This document shows, one piece after another, positions 1 through 8,904 of a stretch of DNA of 64,000 nt. The position numbers were made by a program, and so were the translations under genes. The notes under the pieces were generated by a model. That model ran no database searches. It saw only the letters and a program-made list of their open reading frames with translations, and had not been told where the DNA came from. The DNA comes from an uncultured Alphaproteobacteria bacterium. GTDB taxonomy: Bacteria; Electryoneota; RPQS01. Every line of letters starts with the position of its first letter. The first letter of the stretch is position 1. The stretch covers positions 9,220 to 73,219 of the forward strand of contig CAYJKM010000001.1 in NCBI GenBank assembly GCA_964370805.1, given 5' to 3'.

Positions 1-23
1 ACTTGAAAAAAAGGGGAGGGACT

Positions 24-1490
24 ATGCGCTACGTGCTTGGACTGTTGCTACTCTCGACTACCTTCGTATGGGCGCAACCGGAAGGGCCGTGGATCATCGA
101 TGAAGTTGGCTTAAACGCAAATATGCAATGGCCTGTAGTTGTCGCGGATGACGCCGATACGATAATGGTCTTTTATACACTCTACACCTATGCGGGGCAG
201 TGGCTCGAGCAACGCGAGATCAGTGTCTCTGAATTCGTAGTGGTGGATTCTTTCCACCAAGAGATTGAGGATACGCTGAATTATCACCTGACCGACGCGC
301 TTGTATTTGATAGCGGCGATTGGGTGGTCAGCGCACATGCGACCCTCTCGCCATATCGTTCTGTGCGTCAATTCGTCCGCAATGCGTCCGGAATTGACGT
401 CGACATTTTGGCAGAAGGCTCCCATACTTTTTTGCCGTATGCGCATGGTTCATGGGTCCTCCCGCCAACGCTAGCTTACAAGGCAACCAGCGGCTTCATT
501 GTCTCCTGGATCCGTGGGAATGATGACAATTGGGCAGGAGAACCTCATCAAGATGCCATTCTTTGCTTTGTGCCTGACATCGAGAGTCCGGCAGAGCGGT
601 CTCCCTACCTGATCAATACGTTTGATGTTTTCCTGTACGGACCCTCCCGGATGGCCATTGAATCAGCTGTGGGAGACACTGCTGTTGCTCTTCTATCCCG
701 TAGTCCCGACTATCCGGGCTGGGGAGACCCCGTCTCTGGATCGCTGTACCCCGGGTCCTTCGGTGAGATGGACGGGCCGCTCATCCCATTGCCCTGTGCC
801 GATCAACCAATAGACATTGTTGAGACGGTCGGGCACAACTGGCTCTTGCTTGCGGATTCGAGCGCACCAAGAATCTACTCGTTTGACCTTGCCGGAAACT
901 GCATGCTCAGAGAAGATCTTGGAAGTGGGCCTGATCTGGCTGCTGCCGCATGGAACGATCATTATGGCTTCGTGCTCTTGCATGTTGAACCTTCATCAAT
1001 TCGAATCACACGAACCGATACGTCCGGCTCGCTGACTTATCCCGAAGGCGTGTTCTATTGGCAAGATACGAATTTTGATATCCGACAAGGAAACGTTGCC
1101 ATCTCCGATTCGGGGTGGGTCGTTGTGACATGGACGGAACGCAGCCAAATTGAAGATTATGTTCGCTTGATGTTGGCTGCGATGCCGTGGGACGCGCCGC
1201 TTGTTTCTAATGACCGTTTCGTCCCTCATCCTTCATCTCTCATCCTTTCCGCCTATCCCAATCCGTTTAACGGTGAGCTTCACATCCAATATGAGTTGAT
1301 GCGGGAGGGGGCGATTGAGTTAGCTGTTTTCAATGTGCTTGGGCAGCAAGTAGCGAAACTTGAGAGTGGAATAGAGAGGGCGGGAAGCCATCAAACAGTT
1401 TGGTCTCCCACGGCAGGCAGTGGCATCTACTTTGTTTCGCTGCGGACGGAACACGGAACTCGAACGCGGAAAGTGCTCTTCGCACGATAG
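24..1490 (+). CDS. secreted hypothetical protein with T9SS C-terminal sorting domain
   Basis: ORF 3..1490. ATG at 24 is preceded by GGGGAGGG. Signal peptide MRYVLGLLLLSTTFVWA. The last ~80 aa (HPSSLILSAYPNPFNGELHIQYEL...SGIYFVSLRTEHGTRTRKVLF) fit the Por/T9SS CTD pattern. No catalytic domain recognised. Confidence 0.8.
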   Translation: MRYVLGLLLLSTTFVWAQPEGPWIIDEVGLNANMQWPVVVADDADTIMVFYTLYTYAGQWLEQREISVSEFVVVDSFHQEIEDTLNYHLTDALVFDSGDWVVSAHATLSPYRSVRQFVRNASGIDVDILAEGSHTFLPYAHGSWVLPPTLAYKATSGFIVSWIRGNDDNWAGEPHQDAILCFVPDIESPAERSPYLINTFDVFLYGPSRMAIESAVGDTAVALLSRSPDYPGWGDPVSGSLYPGSFGEMDGPLIPLPCADQPIDIVETVGHNWLLLADSSAPRIYSFDLAGNCMLREDLGSGPDLAAAAWNDHYGFVLLHVEPSSIRITRTDTSGSLTYPEGVFYWQDTNFDIRQGNVAISDSGWVVVTWTERSQIEDYVRLMLAAMPWDAPLVSNDRFVPHPSSLILSAYPNPFNGELHIQYELMREGAIELAVFNVLGQQVAKLESGIERAGSHQTVWSPTAGSGIYFVSLRTEHGTRTRKVLFAR

Positions 1491-1511
1491 CAACTTCAAC
1501 AGGAGGCCGCC

Positions 1512-3497
1512 ATGATTTACTCGCTTCTGATTCTGCTCGCGTTTGCGGTATGCGGGTTTTCCCAACCGTGGCAATGGGAATTGTATGAGGGGGATTACTA
1601 CAATCCCACAGGATTTCCGGCACCAATCCTCAGTGGAGAAGAAGGTGCAGCCGCTGTGTTTGGCAATTTTGACGGAGAGGGCACGGACGAGCTATTCATG
1701 TGTGCCTGGGAAGACTATGTTGTTGCTCAGCGAGACAGCGGCGTTTTTCACTGGACGTCGTTTGTCGGTACGGCGGGCCCGCTGGGTGTCGGCTGCGAAG
1801 CAGCCAATCTGGACACCGACGAGAGCGATGAGCTGATTGTCTTTGGTGATGACGGAGTGCATGTGTGGGAGGCTGTCCTGTTCGATCCGTGGGAGTGGCA
1901 GCAGCGAGACGATTTGCTCGAGGGCTTTGACATCCCGGAAGGAGCTGTGCGAGGGATATATGGAGACTACGACGGCGATGGATTACTAAATGCTTTTTAC
2001 TGGTCAGGGGTTTGGGACGGACATTTTGAGCTTTGGGAACGTACTGCAGACCAGGATTGGGCTGTGGACACCTCTTTTGACGGCGGTGGGGGCGTGTCGT
2101 CAGGGATCTATGACGGCGACTTCGATCATGACGGAGACACCGACATTGCGATTGCCCCCTTGTTCACAGATGTACCGCTTTTCGGGGGCTTCGGCGAAAA
2201 TACCGCGCAGGGAATCGTCTGGCATTTGCAGACTGAAGGGATGTATGATTTTCCGGGACCGACGGGTGGAGATATCGACGGCGACGGTGTGTGGAAAGGG
2301 CTGTATGCCTATGAAGGATATTCCGGCTTCACCGTCGTGGAGGTCGAGCACGATTCACTCCAATTCCTTCGCGTTGCTGAAAGGCATTACGTCGGCGGAC
2401 TTTTCGCGCCAATCATCGGGAACTTTCGCACCGGCAGCCAAACTGTGGTCGGCGCGGTTCGGAACTGGTCCTATGGGGCACCCTTCTACCACAACGAAGC
2501 ATTCGCATGCATGAGTCACAGCGACAGCGGCTGGCGAGATCTGAACAACAACTTTGAAATTGCCTGGGACTATAATTGCGTGCTCGGCAACAAGTCCGAT
2601 CTGAACGGCGATGGCCTTGACGACATTTTGAGTCTCCTGCGGAGTCAGAGTATTGGTGGAGCGACGACATGCATGATCTGGAGAAATACTGGAGATGAAG
2701 ACGCTGATGCATATGTCTCATCACCAATTACGCGTACTTTTCTGACGCGCCGCTTCATGCAGAATCCAGACACGCTCTTCCAATCTCATCAAATCGGCGA
2801 TGTCTCCGGTGACGGACGAGCGGAGCTCGGCGTGCTGGCGACCGTCGGCACTGATTCCTCCCGCATCCTCTTCTTCGAGAAACTCGGAGAGATCGAGGAC
2901 ACTACATTTGTGGCACGACCCGAATGGTGTACATCTTTGCCGGGGGGCATGACCGGTCTGCGGCTCGCTGATATTGACAACGATGGTCTGGCCGAGATCA
3001 TCGCACACCGAAACAACGGCTCGTGGCGAACGTTTTTCCGCCGCAATGGAGTCTGGCAAGAGTACTCCAGCATTTTGCCGACGATCATGGCAAATGACGT
3101 CTCCTTTGCCGATGCCGACAACGATGGCGATCTCGATTTATTTGCCGGCGATCAGCTTTGGTACAGTCTAAGCCCAAGTAACACAGACTATCCCTTCATC
3201 CTTCAGCCCTCAGCCTTCAGCCTTTCCGCTTACCCGAATCCCTTTAACAGCACAACCACCTTCACGTACGACTTGCCACAGCGCAGCAATGTGGAGCTGA
3301 CTATCTTCAATTTATTGGGAGAGCAGGTCGCAGTGCTGGTTCAGGGAGCACAGGAGGCGGGAGCTCACACCGCCCGCTGGCAGCCCTCAGACGGAGTTGA
3401 GGTTCGGCGCGGTCAGCAAGTTTCGAGCGGGATTTACTTTGCGAAGCTCTCCGCCGGCACGAGCATCAAGACCCAGAAAGTCGTATATTTACGGTAG
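1512..3497 (+). CDS. FG-GAP/VCBS-repeat (integrin-alpha-like beta-propeller) protein with T9SS CTD
   Basis: AGGAGG upstream of ATG. Signal peptide MIYSLLILLAFAVCGFSQP. Repeated Ca-loop motifs DYDGDGLLN, DFDHDGDTDIAIA, GDIDGDGVW, DLNGDGLDDIL, GDVSGDGRAELG, ADIDNDGLAEII, ADADNDGDLDLFAG. CTD is LSAYPNPFNSTTTFTYDL...SGIYFAKL...KVVYLR. Confidence 0.85.
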   Translation: MIYSLLILLAFAVCGFSQPWQWELYEGDYYNPTGFPAPILSGEEGAAAVFGNFDGEGTDELFMCAWEDYVVAQRDSGVFHWTSFVGTAGPLGVGCEAANLDTDESDELIVFGDDGVHVWEAVLFDPWEWQQRDDLLEGFDIPEGAVRGIYGDYDGDGLLNAFYWSGVWDGHFELWERTADQDWAVDTSFDGGGGVSSGIYDGDFDHDGDTDIAIAPLFTDVPLFGGFGENTAQGIVWHLQTEGMYDFPGPTGGDIDGDGVWKGLYAYEGYSGFTVVEVEHDSLQFLRVAERHYVGGLFAPIIGNFRTGSQTVVGAVRNWSYGAPFYHNEAFACMSHSDSGWRDLNNNFEIAWDYNCVLGNKSDLNGDGLDDILSLLRSQSIGGATTCMIWRNTGDEDADAYVSSPITRTFLTRRFMQNPDTLFQSHQIGDVSGDGRAELGVLATVGTDSSRILFFEKLGEIEDTTFVARPEWCTSLPGGMTGLRLADIDNDGLAEIIAHRNNGSWRTFFRRNGVWQEYSSILPTIMANDVSFADADNDGDLDLFAGDQLWYSLSPSNTDYPFILQPSAFSLSAYPNPFNSTTTFTYDLPQRSNVELTIFNLLGEQVAVLVQGAQEAGAHTARWQPSDGVEVRRGQQVSSGIYFAKLSAGTSIKTQKVVYLR

Positions 3498-3517
3498 GGT
3501 CGCAGACCCGCCCTACC
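3493..3517. repeat. GTAGGG-prefixed hairpin (REP-B family member)
   Basis: GGTAGGG-TCGCAGACCCG-CCCTACC. The TAG inside GTAGGG is the stop codon of CDS 1512..3497. An alternative inner stem is GGGTC/GACCC. It is followed by GAATCTTCGCGTTTTG. Confidence 0.6.
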
Positions 3518-3562
3518 GAATCTTCGCGTTTTGTCTAACTCACAATCAACCGATTCCCTACC

Positions 3563-4471
3563 ATGACACGCGTTTTGATTACCGACGGCATGGACAAAGG
3601 CGCCGTCAAACAACTCAAGGATCTCGGTTTCGAGGTCACGGAACAGTTTTATCCCGAACCTGAACTCATTCAGGAAATCAAGAAGTATGAAGCGGTGGTC
3701 GTGCGCTCGGCCACCAAGGTCACTCCGCCCGTGATTGACGCGGCCAACGGACTCAAGCTGATCGTGCGCGGCGGCGTGGGCGTGGACAACATCGACGTCA
3801 AGCACGCGGAAGCGCATCACATCAAGGTGATGAACACACCTGGCGCGTCCAGCGACAGCGTCGCCGAACTCGCGCTCGGTCTGATGTTCGCGGTCGCGCG
3901 GCAGATTCCGCAGGCCAGCGCGTCGATGAAAGCCGCCAAATGGGAAAAGAAAGCGTTTGCGGGCGGTGTCGAGCTCGCCGGCAAGACGCTCGGCATCATC
4001 GGCATGGGCCGGATCGGCGCAAGCCTCGCCCGCATGGCCACAGCCCTCGGCATGAAAGTGCTCGGCCACGATCGCTATCCCGAAACGGCGCGCTCGCGCA
4101 ATGTGCCGATGATGACCAAAGATGAACTGCTGCCGCAGTGCGACTACATCTCGCTGCACATCCCGTATGACAAGATCGCCGGCGCGGAACTCACGGCGCG
4201 CGAGTTCAGCCTGATGAAAGACGGCGTAATCATTGTCAACTGCGCGCGCGGCGGTGTGGTGGATGAAGACGCGCTGCTCGCCGCCCTGAACTCCGGCAAG
4301 GTGCGCGGCGCGGGGATTGACGTCTGGGTTGGAGAGCCCAATCCAAGACGAGACCTTGTTGAGCATCCCAAAGTCGTGGCCCTCCCGCATATCGGTGCGG
4401 CGACCGGCGAGGCGCAAGGTCGTGTCGGTGGTGAGGTGGTACAGATTTTGAAGGAGTTCTTCAAGAAGTAA
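3563..4471 (+). CDS. serA: D-3-phosphoglycerate dehydrogenase-like D-isomer 2-hydroxyacid dehydrogenase (short form, no ACT domain)
   Basis: NAD-binding GKTLGIIGMGRIGASLA. Substrate and catalytic blocks RGGVGVDNID and LPHIGAATGEAQ. At 302 aa it is typical of short (type III) PGDH. Confidence 0.75.
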   Translation: MTRVLITDGMDKGAVKQLKDLGFEVTEQFYPEPELIQEIKKYEAVVVRSATKVTPPVIDAANGLKLIVRGGVGVDNIDVKHAEAHHIKVMNTPGASSDSVAELALGLMFAVARQIPQASASMKAAKWEKKAFAGGVELAGKTLGIIGMGRIGASLARMATALGMKVLGHDRYPETARSRNVPMMTKDELLPQCDYISLHIPYDKIAGAELTAREFSLMKDGVIIVNCARGGVVDEDALLAALNSGKVRGAGIDVWVGEPNPRRDLVEHPKVVALPHIGAATGEAQGRVGGEVVQILKEFFKK

Positions 4472-4520
4472 CCTCTATCCCCTGCCCTTTCCCGACTGGA
4501 TGTGGGGAAAGGGAGAGAGA
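4472..4520 (+). repeat. REP-A hairpin element, copy 1
   Basis: CCTCTATCCCCTGCCCTTTCCCGACTGGATGTGGGGAAAGGGAGAGAGA, starting directly after the serA-like stop. Same element as at 16721, 29733, 37178 and 63300. Confidence 0.85.
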
Positions 4521-4692
4521 TGGATTTCGGGTGAGCACAGAATCTCCGCTGGTCATCAGTCTTATGACCGGCGCAGGCTCTGTGCGTGCCGCGCCCGACT
4601 GTCCGCCCCTAACTGACGCTGCTTCAAGTTTGTAGACGGGCGCGTCCATAAAACGTGCCGAGAGGAGACTCCGGCGCACCATCCGCATTATC

Positions 4693-4750
4693 AGAGCCTT
4701 CTGTCAGGAATGACCACGTGTCGTTTTCTGACGGAAGGCTCTATTGTTTT
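4693..4750 (+). terminator. 15-bp hairpin plus U-rich tail; intrinsic terminator or leader attenuator
   Basis: AGAGCCTTCTGTCAG (4693-4707) pairs with CTGACGGAAGGCTCT (4728-4742), with one G:U pair and a 20-nt loop, then ATTGTTTTCG. It lies 220 nt after the serA-like stop and 103 nt before the 4853 operon. Confidence 0.5.
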
Positions 4751-4852
4751 CGTGCAAAATGATGAAGGGAATGCAGAAAATGCGTTTCGGACGCCTGTAT
4801 CCTCTCGTCCAAATCTCGCTTTCGGTCAGACTTTGTCCTCTGGAGAAGGAAC

Positions 4853-5575
4853 ATGAAGTCCTCTTGCTACTTACTCGCGACAATCCTGTTGCTCATTGCG
4901 CTCGGCTGCCAGAACGACGACGAGACCACTCCGCCGCTATCCACACTTAGCATTTCGATCTCGATTGACCCTGATACCATCTGGTTCATCTATGGCCAAG
5001 CCGCTATCGCGGACGTGGTTATCTCAGTAACCGAGGACGGAGTTCCGGTCACGGGCGCAATCGTGACCTCGTCACTGGCCGAACCCTCCACCGGTCAGTT
5101 ATCCGGTTTTCGCGAGCGGACGGATACCACCGATGCCAGCGGTCAAATTCAGCTTCAATACTACTCGACGCTGACCGGCACCGATGTCATGACTTCAACT
5201 GCCGGCACCGCTTCGTTTACGACGGCCATCGTCGCCGCGCATCCGTACAACGGCGAGATGCTGTCCATCGACTTGTTTGTCAGCCCACCGGAATGGTATT
5301 TCCCGTACTATGGTGATACCGCTTCGATTGTCTGTGAAGCTGTCGTCTATGACGAGTCGGCGCAACCCGTCCCCCGCCTGAATCTCAACTTCTATTCGCA
5401 GCGCGGCCAGCTCAGCGACAACCCACTCACGGATGAATATGGCCGCACGGTTGCCATTCTGTCCGGCACGGTGGACGACATTTTTCCGGATCAACACACT
5501 CCGGAGATCACTTGCGAAGTGTTTGTCGAGATCAGCATGTTCAATGAGGCGCAATTGATTCTCTTCAGACGCTAA
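4853..5575 (+). CDS. lipoprotein L1 with two Ig-like (invasin/Big_1-like) domains
   Basis: GGAGAAGGA SD. Lipobox LLIALGC|QNDDE. Beta-sandwich style sequence VVISVTEDGVPVTGAIVTSSL...TDASGQIQLQYYS. First gene of the TP operon. Confidence 0.75.
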   Translation: MKSSCYLLATILLLIALGCQNDDETTPPLSTLSISISIDPDTIWFIYGQAAIADVVISVTEDGVPVTGAIVTSSLAEPSTGQLSGFRERTDTTDASGQIQLQYYSTLTGTDVMTSTAGTASFTTAIVAAHPYNGEMLSIDLFVSPPEWYFPYYGDTASIVCEAVVYDESAQPVPRLNLNFYSQRGQLSDNPLTDEYGRTVAILSGTVDDIFPDQHTPEITCEVFVEISMFNEAQLILFRR

Positions 5576-5586
5576 GGAGCACTCCC

Positions 5587-7185
5587 ATGCCCCGCACAGC
5601 TCATCGTTTGCTTTTCTTGTCCTTGCTGACCATCATGGCCTCGCTGGCCTATGGCATCAACTACATGTATTTCTCACACTTTGAGAGGACTTCGTTCAAC
5701 GACATTATACGCTTCTGGCATGAAGACATGCTTGCTGGTCCGGTTCGCTCTAATTCGCAGATAGGCATCATGGAGAACCCCGTCTTCTATGACTATGTGA
5801 TGCAGGGCGGGATGTGGACAGACTTTGAGCACGGGCCGGGATACAATCCTCTCTTTCTCGGGCCTGATCCGCTCTTCCGTGCGCAGAACCTGCCCTTTCC
5901 CGAGACTGCATCCGTGATCCGCGAGCGCGCTCTCGAACAGGATTACTACTTCAATGCCGGACCGAATATGTTGGCTTGGGTGCGACTTAGCCACGACACG
6001 CTGAAACTTGCCTGGATCGAAGAGGATCAGCCGATAGATTCACTTCCTGCCTTCGAGGACATCCTGCTGCCGGACACGGCGTTTGTCTTTTTTGAGGCCA
6101 CGCTCCGGATATCCGGTACAGTCAGCACCGTATTGACTTTGGGCGCCAGCGGCAGAATTGGCCTGGAAGACAATATTCTCTATGCGTCCACAGTATCACA
6201 GGAGGGAATGCCGGTTGCGGGTCACCCGGAGAAATTGGCGTTGGTATCGGAAAATGAGATCAAGATCTTGAACACGCAGGCAAACGGACGAAACGACGAA
6301 TGGCGTTATCCGTTCGAGCCGCCGGATTCGATGAACGCCGCCGATATCGCCTTGAATGGCATCTTCGTTGCGATGAATGAGAGTTTCACGTTTGAGAATC
6401 AAAATGACCCCGACAGCGGGTATCAAGGGCCTTCACATGACGAGCGCGGTAACATCTATCTGTGGGGCTCGCTGATGCAAAAGCGCCGTTCATACATACA
6501 TCGTTCCAACCACCTTGGCACCGGCTATGGCAAGCAGTATCGGTATGACGAAGACTTGCGCTTCTGGAATGTTCCCTTGTGGAGCGACACCCTGCAGGAA
6601 AATGCCGTCGATCCAGCCGGGCTTGAATTCGGCGAGATTTTCATCGGCGACACACTCTGGCGCGAAGTCGTGGTCACCAACGACTTCATCCCGGTGTGGT
6701 TAACTCCAATCACCGTTAACTCCGGCTTCGGTTTCTTCACCCCTGTGGATAGCCTTTCCTCTGACTGGGAGCATCACATCCAAGTCGGCTTCTCCCCCCA
6801 CGCTCCCGGTCTCGATCTGGGTGAGTTGCGCGTGGACATTCCTTATTACAACCAGTCATTCACGATTGCGCTGGAAGGCACCGGCATCACCACCGCTGTC
6901 GAAGACCCGTTCATCCCGCATCCCTCGTCCTTCGGCTTGTCCGCGTTTCCGAATCCCTTCAACGCCGCCACGCGGATTTCGTATTCCCTGCCGCAGCGCA
7001 GTTTCATCGAGCTGGCTGTATTCGACCTCACCGGCCGCCGCATCCGGACGCTGGTGCAAGGAGACCGTGATGCTGGTGTGCATCACGTCTCATTTAACGC
7101 CGCCGATCTGCCCAGCGGCCTTTACTTCGTCCGGCTGCTAACTGCCGAGCGAGTCTTAACGCAAAAACTTCTTCTGGTCAAATAA
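5587..7185 (+). CDS. TP1, tandem paralog of an uncharacterised secreted family (beta-helix-like core + Ig-like module + T9SS CTD)
   Basis: AAGGAG SD. Signal peptide ends SLAYG. Family motifs INYMYFS, IRFWHED, GPVRSN, FPETASVIRERA, LRISGTVSTVLTLGASGRIGLEDNILY, EKLALVSENEIKILNT and SFTFENQNDPDSGYQGPSHDERGNIYLWGSLMQKRRSYIHRSNHLGTGYGKQYRYDEDL. CTD is FPNPFNAATRISYSL...SGLYFVRL...KLLLVK. Confidence 0.85.
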   Translation: MPRTAHRLLFLSLLTIMASLAYGINYMYFSHFERTSFNDIIRFWHEDMLAGPVRSNSQIGIMENPVFYDYVMQGGMWTDFEHGPGYNPLFLGPDPLFRAQNLPFPETASVIRERALEQDYYFNAGPNMLAWVRLSHDTLKLAWIEEDQPIDSLPAFEDILLPDTAFVFFEATLRISGTVSTVLTLGASGRIGLEDNILYASTVSQEGMPVAGHPEKLALVSENEIKILNTQANGRNDEWRYPFEPPDSMNAADIALNGIFVAMNESFTFENQNDPDSGYQGPSHDERGNIYLWGSLMQKRRSYIHRSNHLGTGYGKQYRYDEDLRFWNVPLWSDTLQENAVDPAGLEFGEIFIGDTLWREVVVTNDFIPVWLTPITVNSGFGFFTPVDSLSSDWEHHIQVGFSPHAPGLDLGELRVDIPYYNQSFTIALEGTGITTAVEDPFIPHPSSFGLSAFPNPFNAATRISYSLPQRSFIELAVFDLTGRRIRTLVQGDRDAGVHHVSFNAADLPSGLYFVRLLTAERVLTQKLLLVK

Positions 7186-7238
7186 CGTCCCGGTCATTGC
7201 CTCCACTCTGTGGAGGAGAATTCGAAACAGGAGGCCCT

Positions 7239-8861
7239 ATGCATCGCACCGCACACCGTCTGCTCTTCTTGGCCCTGCTCGTGATTATGGCGTCGCTCGC
7301 CTATGGCATCAACTACATGTATTTCTCAACCAGCGAGATGACACCCTTCGGCGATCGGATCCGCTTCTGGCATCTGGATACCCTGAACGGGCCGATCCGC
7401 ACGAATGGGCAGTTTTCCATCATGCAGAACCCGGTCTTTTTTGATCTGGTGATTCAGTCGGAGTTCTACATCGATCAGGGCGCCGGGTACAGTCCGTATT
7501 TCCTGTCGGAGTTCCCACCGGTGCTCAACGCGCCGGAACTGCCCTTTCCGGAAACCGCAAGCGTCATCCGCGAGCGAGCGTTTGCGCAAGGCTTCTACTT
7601 TAACGCCGGCCCGGGCATGCAGGCGTGGATTCTGATTCTTGAAGATACGTTGCGACTGCACTGGGCACAGATTGACGAGCCCTTCGATACGCTCGTCTTT
7701 GAAGACATTGGCCTCCCCGCGGAGGCGACTGTCTTCATCGACGCTTCCCTGCGTATCTCGGGAACCGTCAGCACGGTGCTCACGATCGGCGCCGGCGGAC
7801 GCATCGGCCTCGACGACAATATCCGCTACGTGTCAAGCTCAGCGGAGTACCCGTGGCCGCCCACACCCGGACACACGGAGAAGCTCGCGCTCGTCTCCGA
7901 AAACCAAATCAAAGTCCTGAACACGCCCGCCAATGGCCGTGATAACTGCGGTGGCCCGGGGCCTGATAGCCAGCCGGATATCAACTTGAAAGACATCGTC
8001 ATCAGCGGCATCCTCGTGGCCATGAACGAGAGCTTCACGTTTGAGAATCAGAATGACGCGGACAGCGGTTATCAAGGCCCGTATCCGGACGAGCGCGGCA
8101 CGGTTTACCTGTGGGGTTCGCTCATGCATCGCCAGCGCAACTATGTGCACCGCTCCAATCATGGCGGCAGCGGCTACAACAAGATCTACCGTTACGACGA
8201 AGATCTGCGTCACTGGGATTTCGGCCTGTTCGACACCACCTATGCGGAGAACCGGCTCGCTCCAGAAAGTATTGACTTTGGAACCGTGCTGATCGGTCAA
8301 CAGGCGCGCGATACCGTGCGGCTTGCGAATGATTTTATTCCCCTCGGTCTGGCAGAGGTCTCTCCCGGTGTCGCGCCGTTCCTTTATGATCATTTTGTGT
8401 CGTGTCCGCAGCCGTCGCATCCGGATTCCATCTGCCTCGAGTGGCTGAAGCAAATTGCCGTGTCGTTCACGCCGTCCGAGGCGGGCGAGTTTTTCGACAC
8501 CCTGCGCTTCCGCCTCCGCTATTATGACCTTTGGATGGAAGTGCCCATGCACGGCATCGGGATCACCACAGCGACTGAGGATCCGTTCATCCCGCAGCCC
8601 TCGTCTCTCTCCCTTGCTGCTTGTCCCAATCCGTTCAACAGCCGCACGACGTTTTCGTTTGCGCTGCCCACAGCGAGCAACGTGAAGCTAACGCTTTTTG
8701 ACGTCAATGGCCGCGAAGTGGCCCGCATCGTCGATCAGGCATACGCCCCCGGCAGCTACAACGTGAGTTTCGATGCGGCGGCGTTGAGTTCGGGCGTGTA
8801 TTTCGCCAGCCTGAGCACGCCGTCTCGCACCTTAACACAGAAATTACTGCTCATAAAGTGA
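7239..8861 (+). CDS. TP2, tandem paralog (closest to TP1)
   Basis: ORF 7197..8861. ATG at 7239 has GGAGG 6 nt upstream and restores the TP1-like N-terminus MHRTAHRLLFLALLVIMASLAYG|INYMYFS. Same motif set as TP1. CTD is CPNPFNSRTTFSFAL...SGVYFASL...KLLLIK. Confidence 0.85.
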   Translation: MHRTAHRLLFLALLVIMASLAYGINYMYFSTSEMTPFGDRIRFWHLDTLNGPIRTNGQFSIMQNPVFFDLVIQSEFYIDQGAGYSPYFLSEFPPVLNAPELPFPETASVIRERAFAQGFYFNAGPGMQAWILILEDTLRLHWAQIDEPFDTLVFEDIGLPAEATVFIDASLRISGTVSTVLTIGAGGRIGLDDNIRYVSSSAEYPWPPTPGHTEKLALVSENQIKVLNTPANGRDNCGGPGPDSQPDINLKDIVISGILVAMNESFTFENQNDADSGYQGPYPDERGTVYLWGSLMHRQRNYVHRSNHGGSGYNKIYRYDEDLRHWDFGLFDTTYAENRLAPESIDFGTVLIGQQARDTVRLANDFIPLGLAEVSPGVAPFLYDHFVSCPQPSHPDSICLEWLKQIAVSFTPSEAGEFFDTLRFRLRYYDLWMEVPMHGIGITTATEDPFIPQPSSLSLAACPNPFNSRTTFSFALPTASNVKLTLFDVNGREVARIVDQAYAPGSYNVSFDAAALSSGVYFASLSTPSRTLTQKLLLIK

Positions 8862-8904
8862 CACGCGCCGCGTGCCATCCTGAACAAACTGAAGGATCTC
8901 TCTG

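Noticed and set aside
995-1015. tRNA-like TTCGAATC strings (also near 28890, 37170 and 42571).
   Set aside because: They lie inside CDSs or HA repeats and lack acceptor, D or anticodon stem complementarity. No cloverleaf could be drawn.
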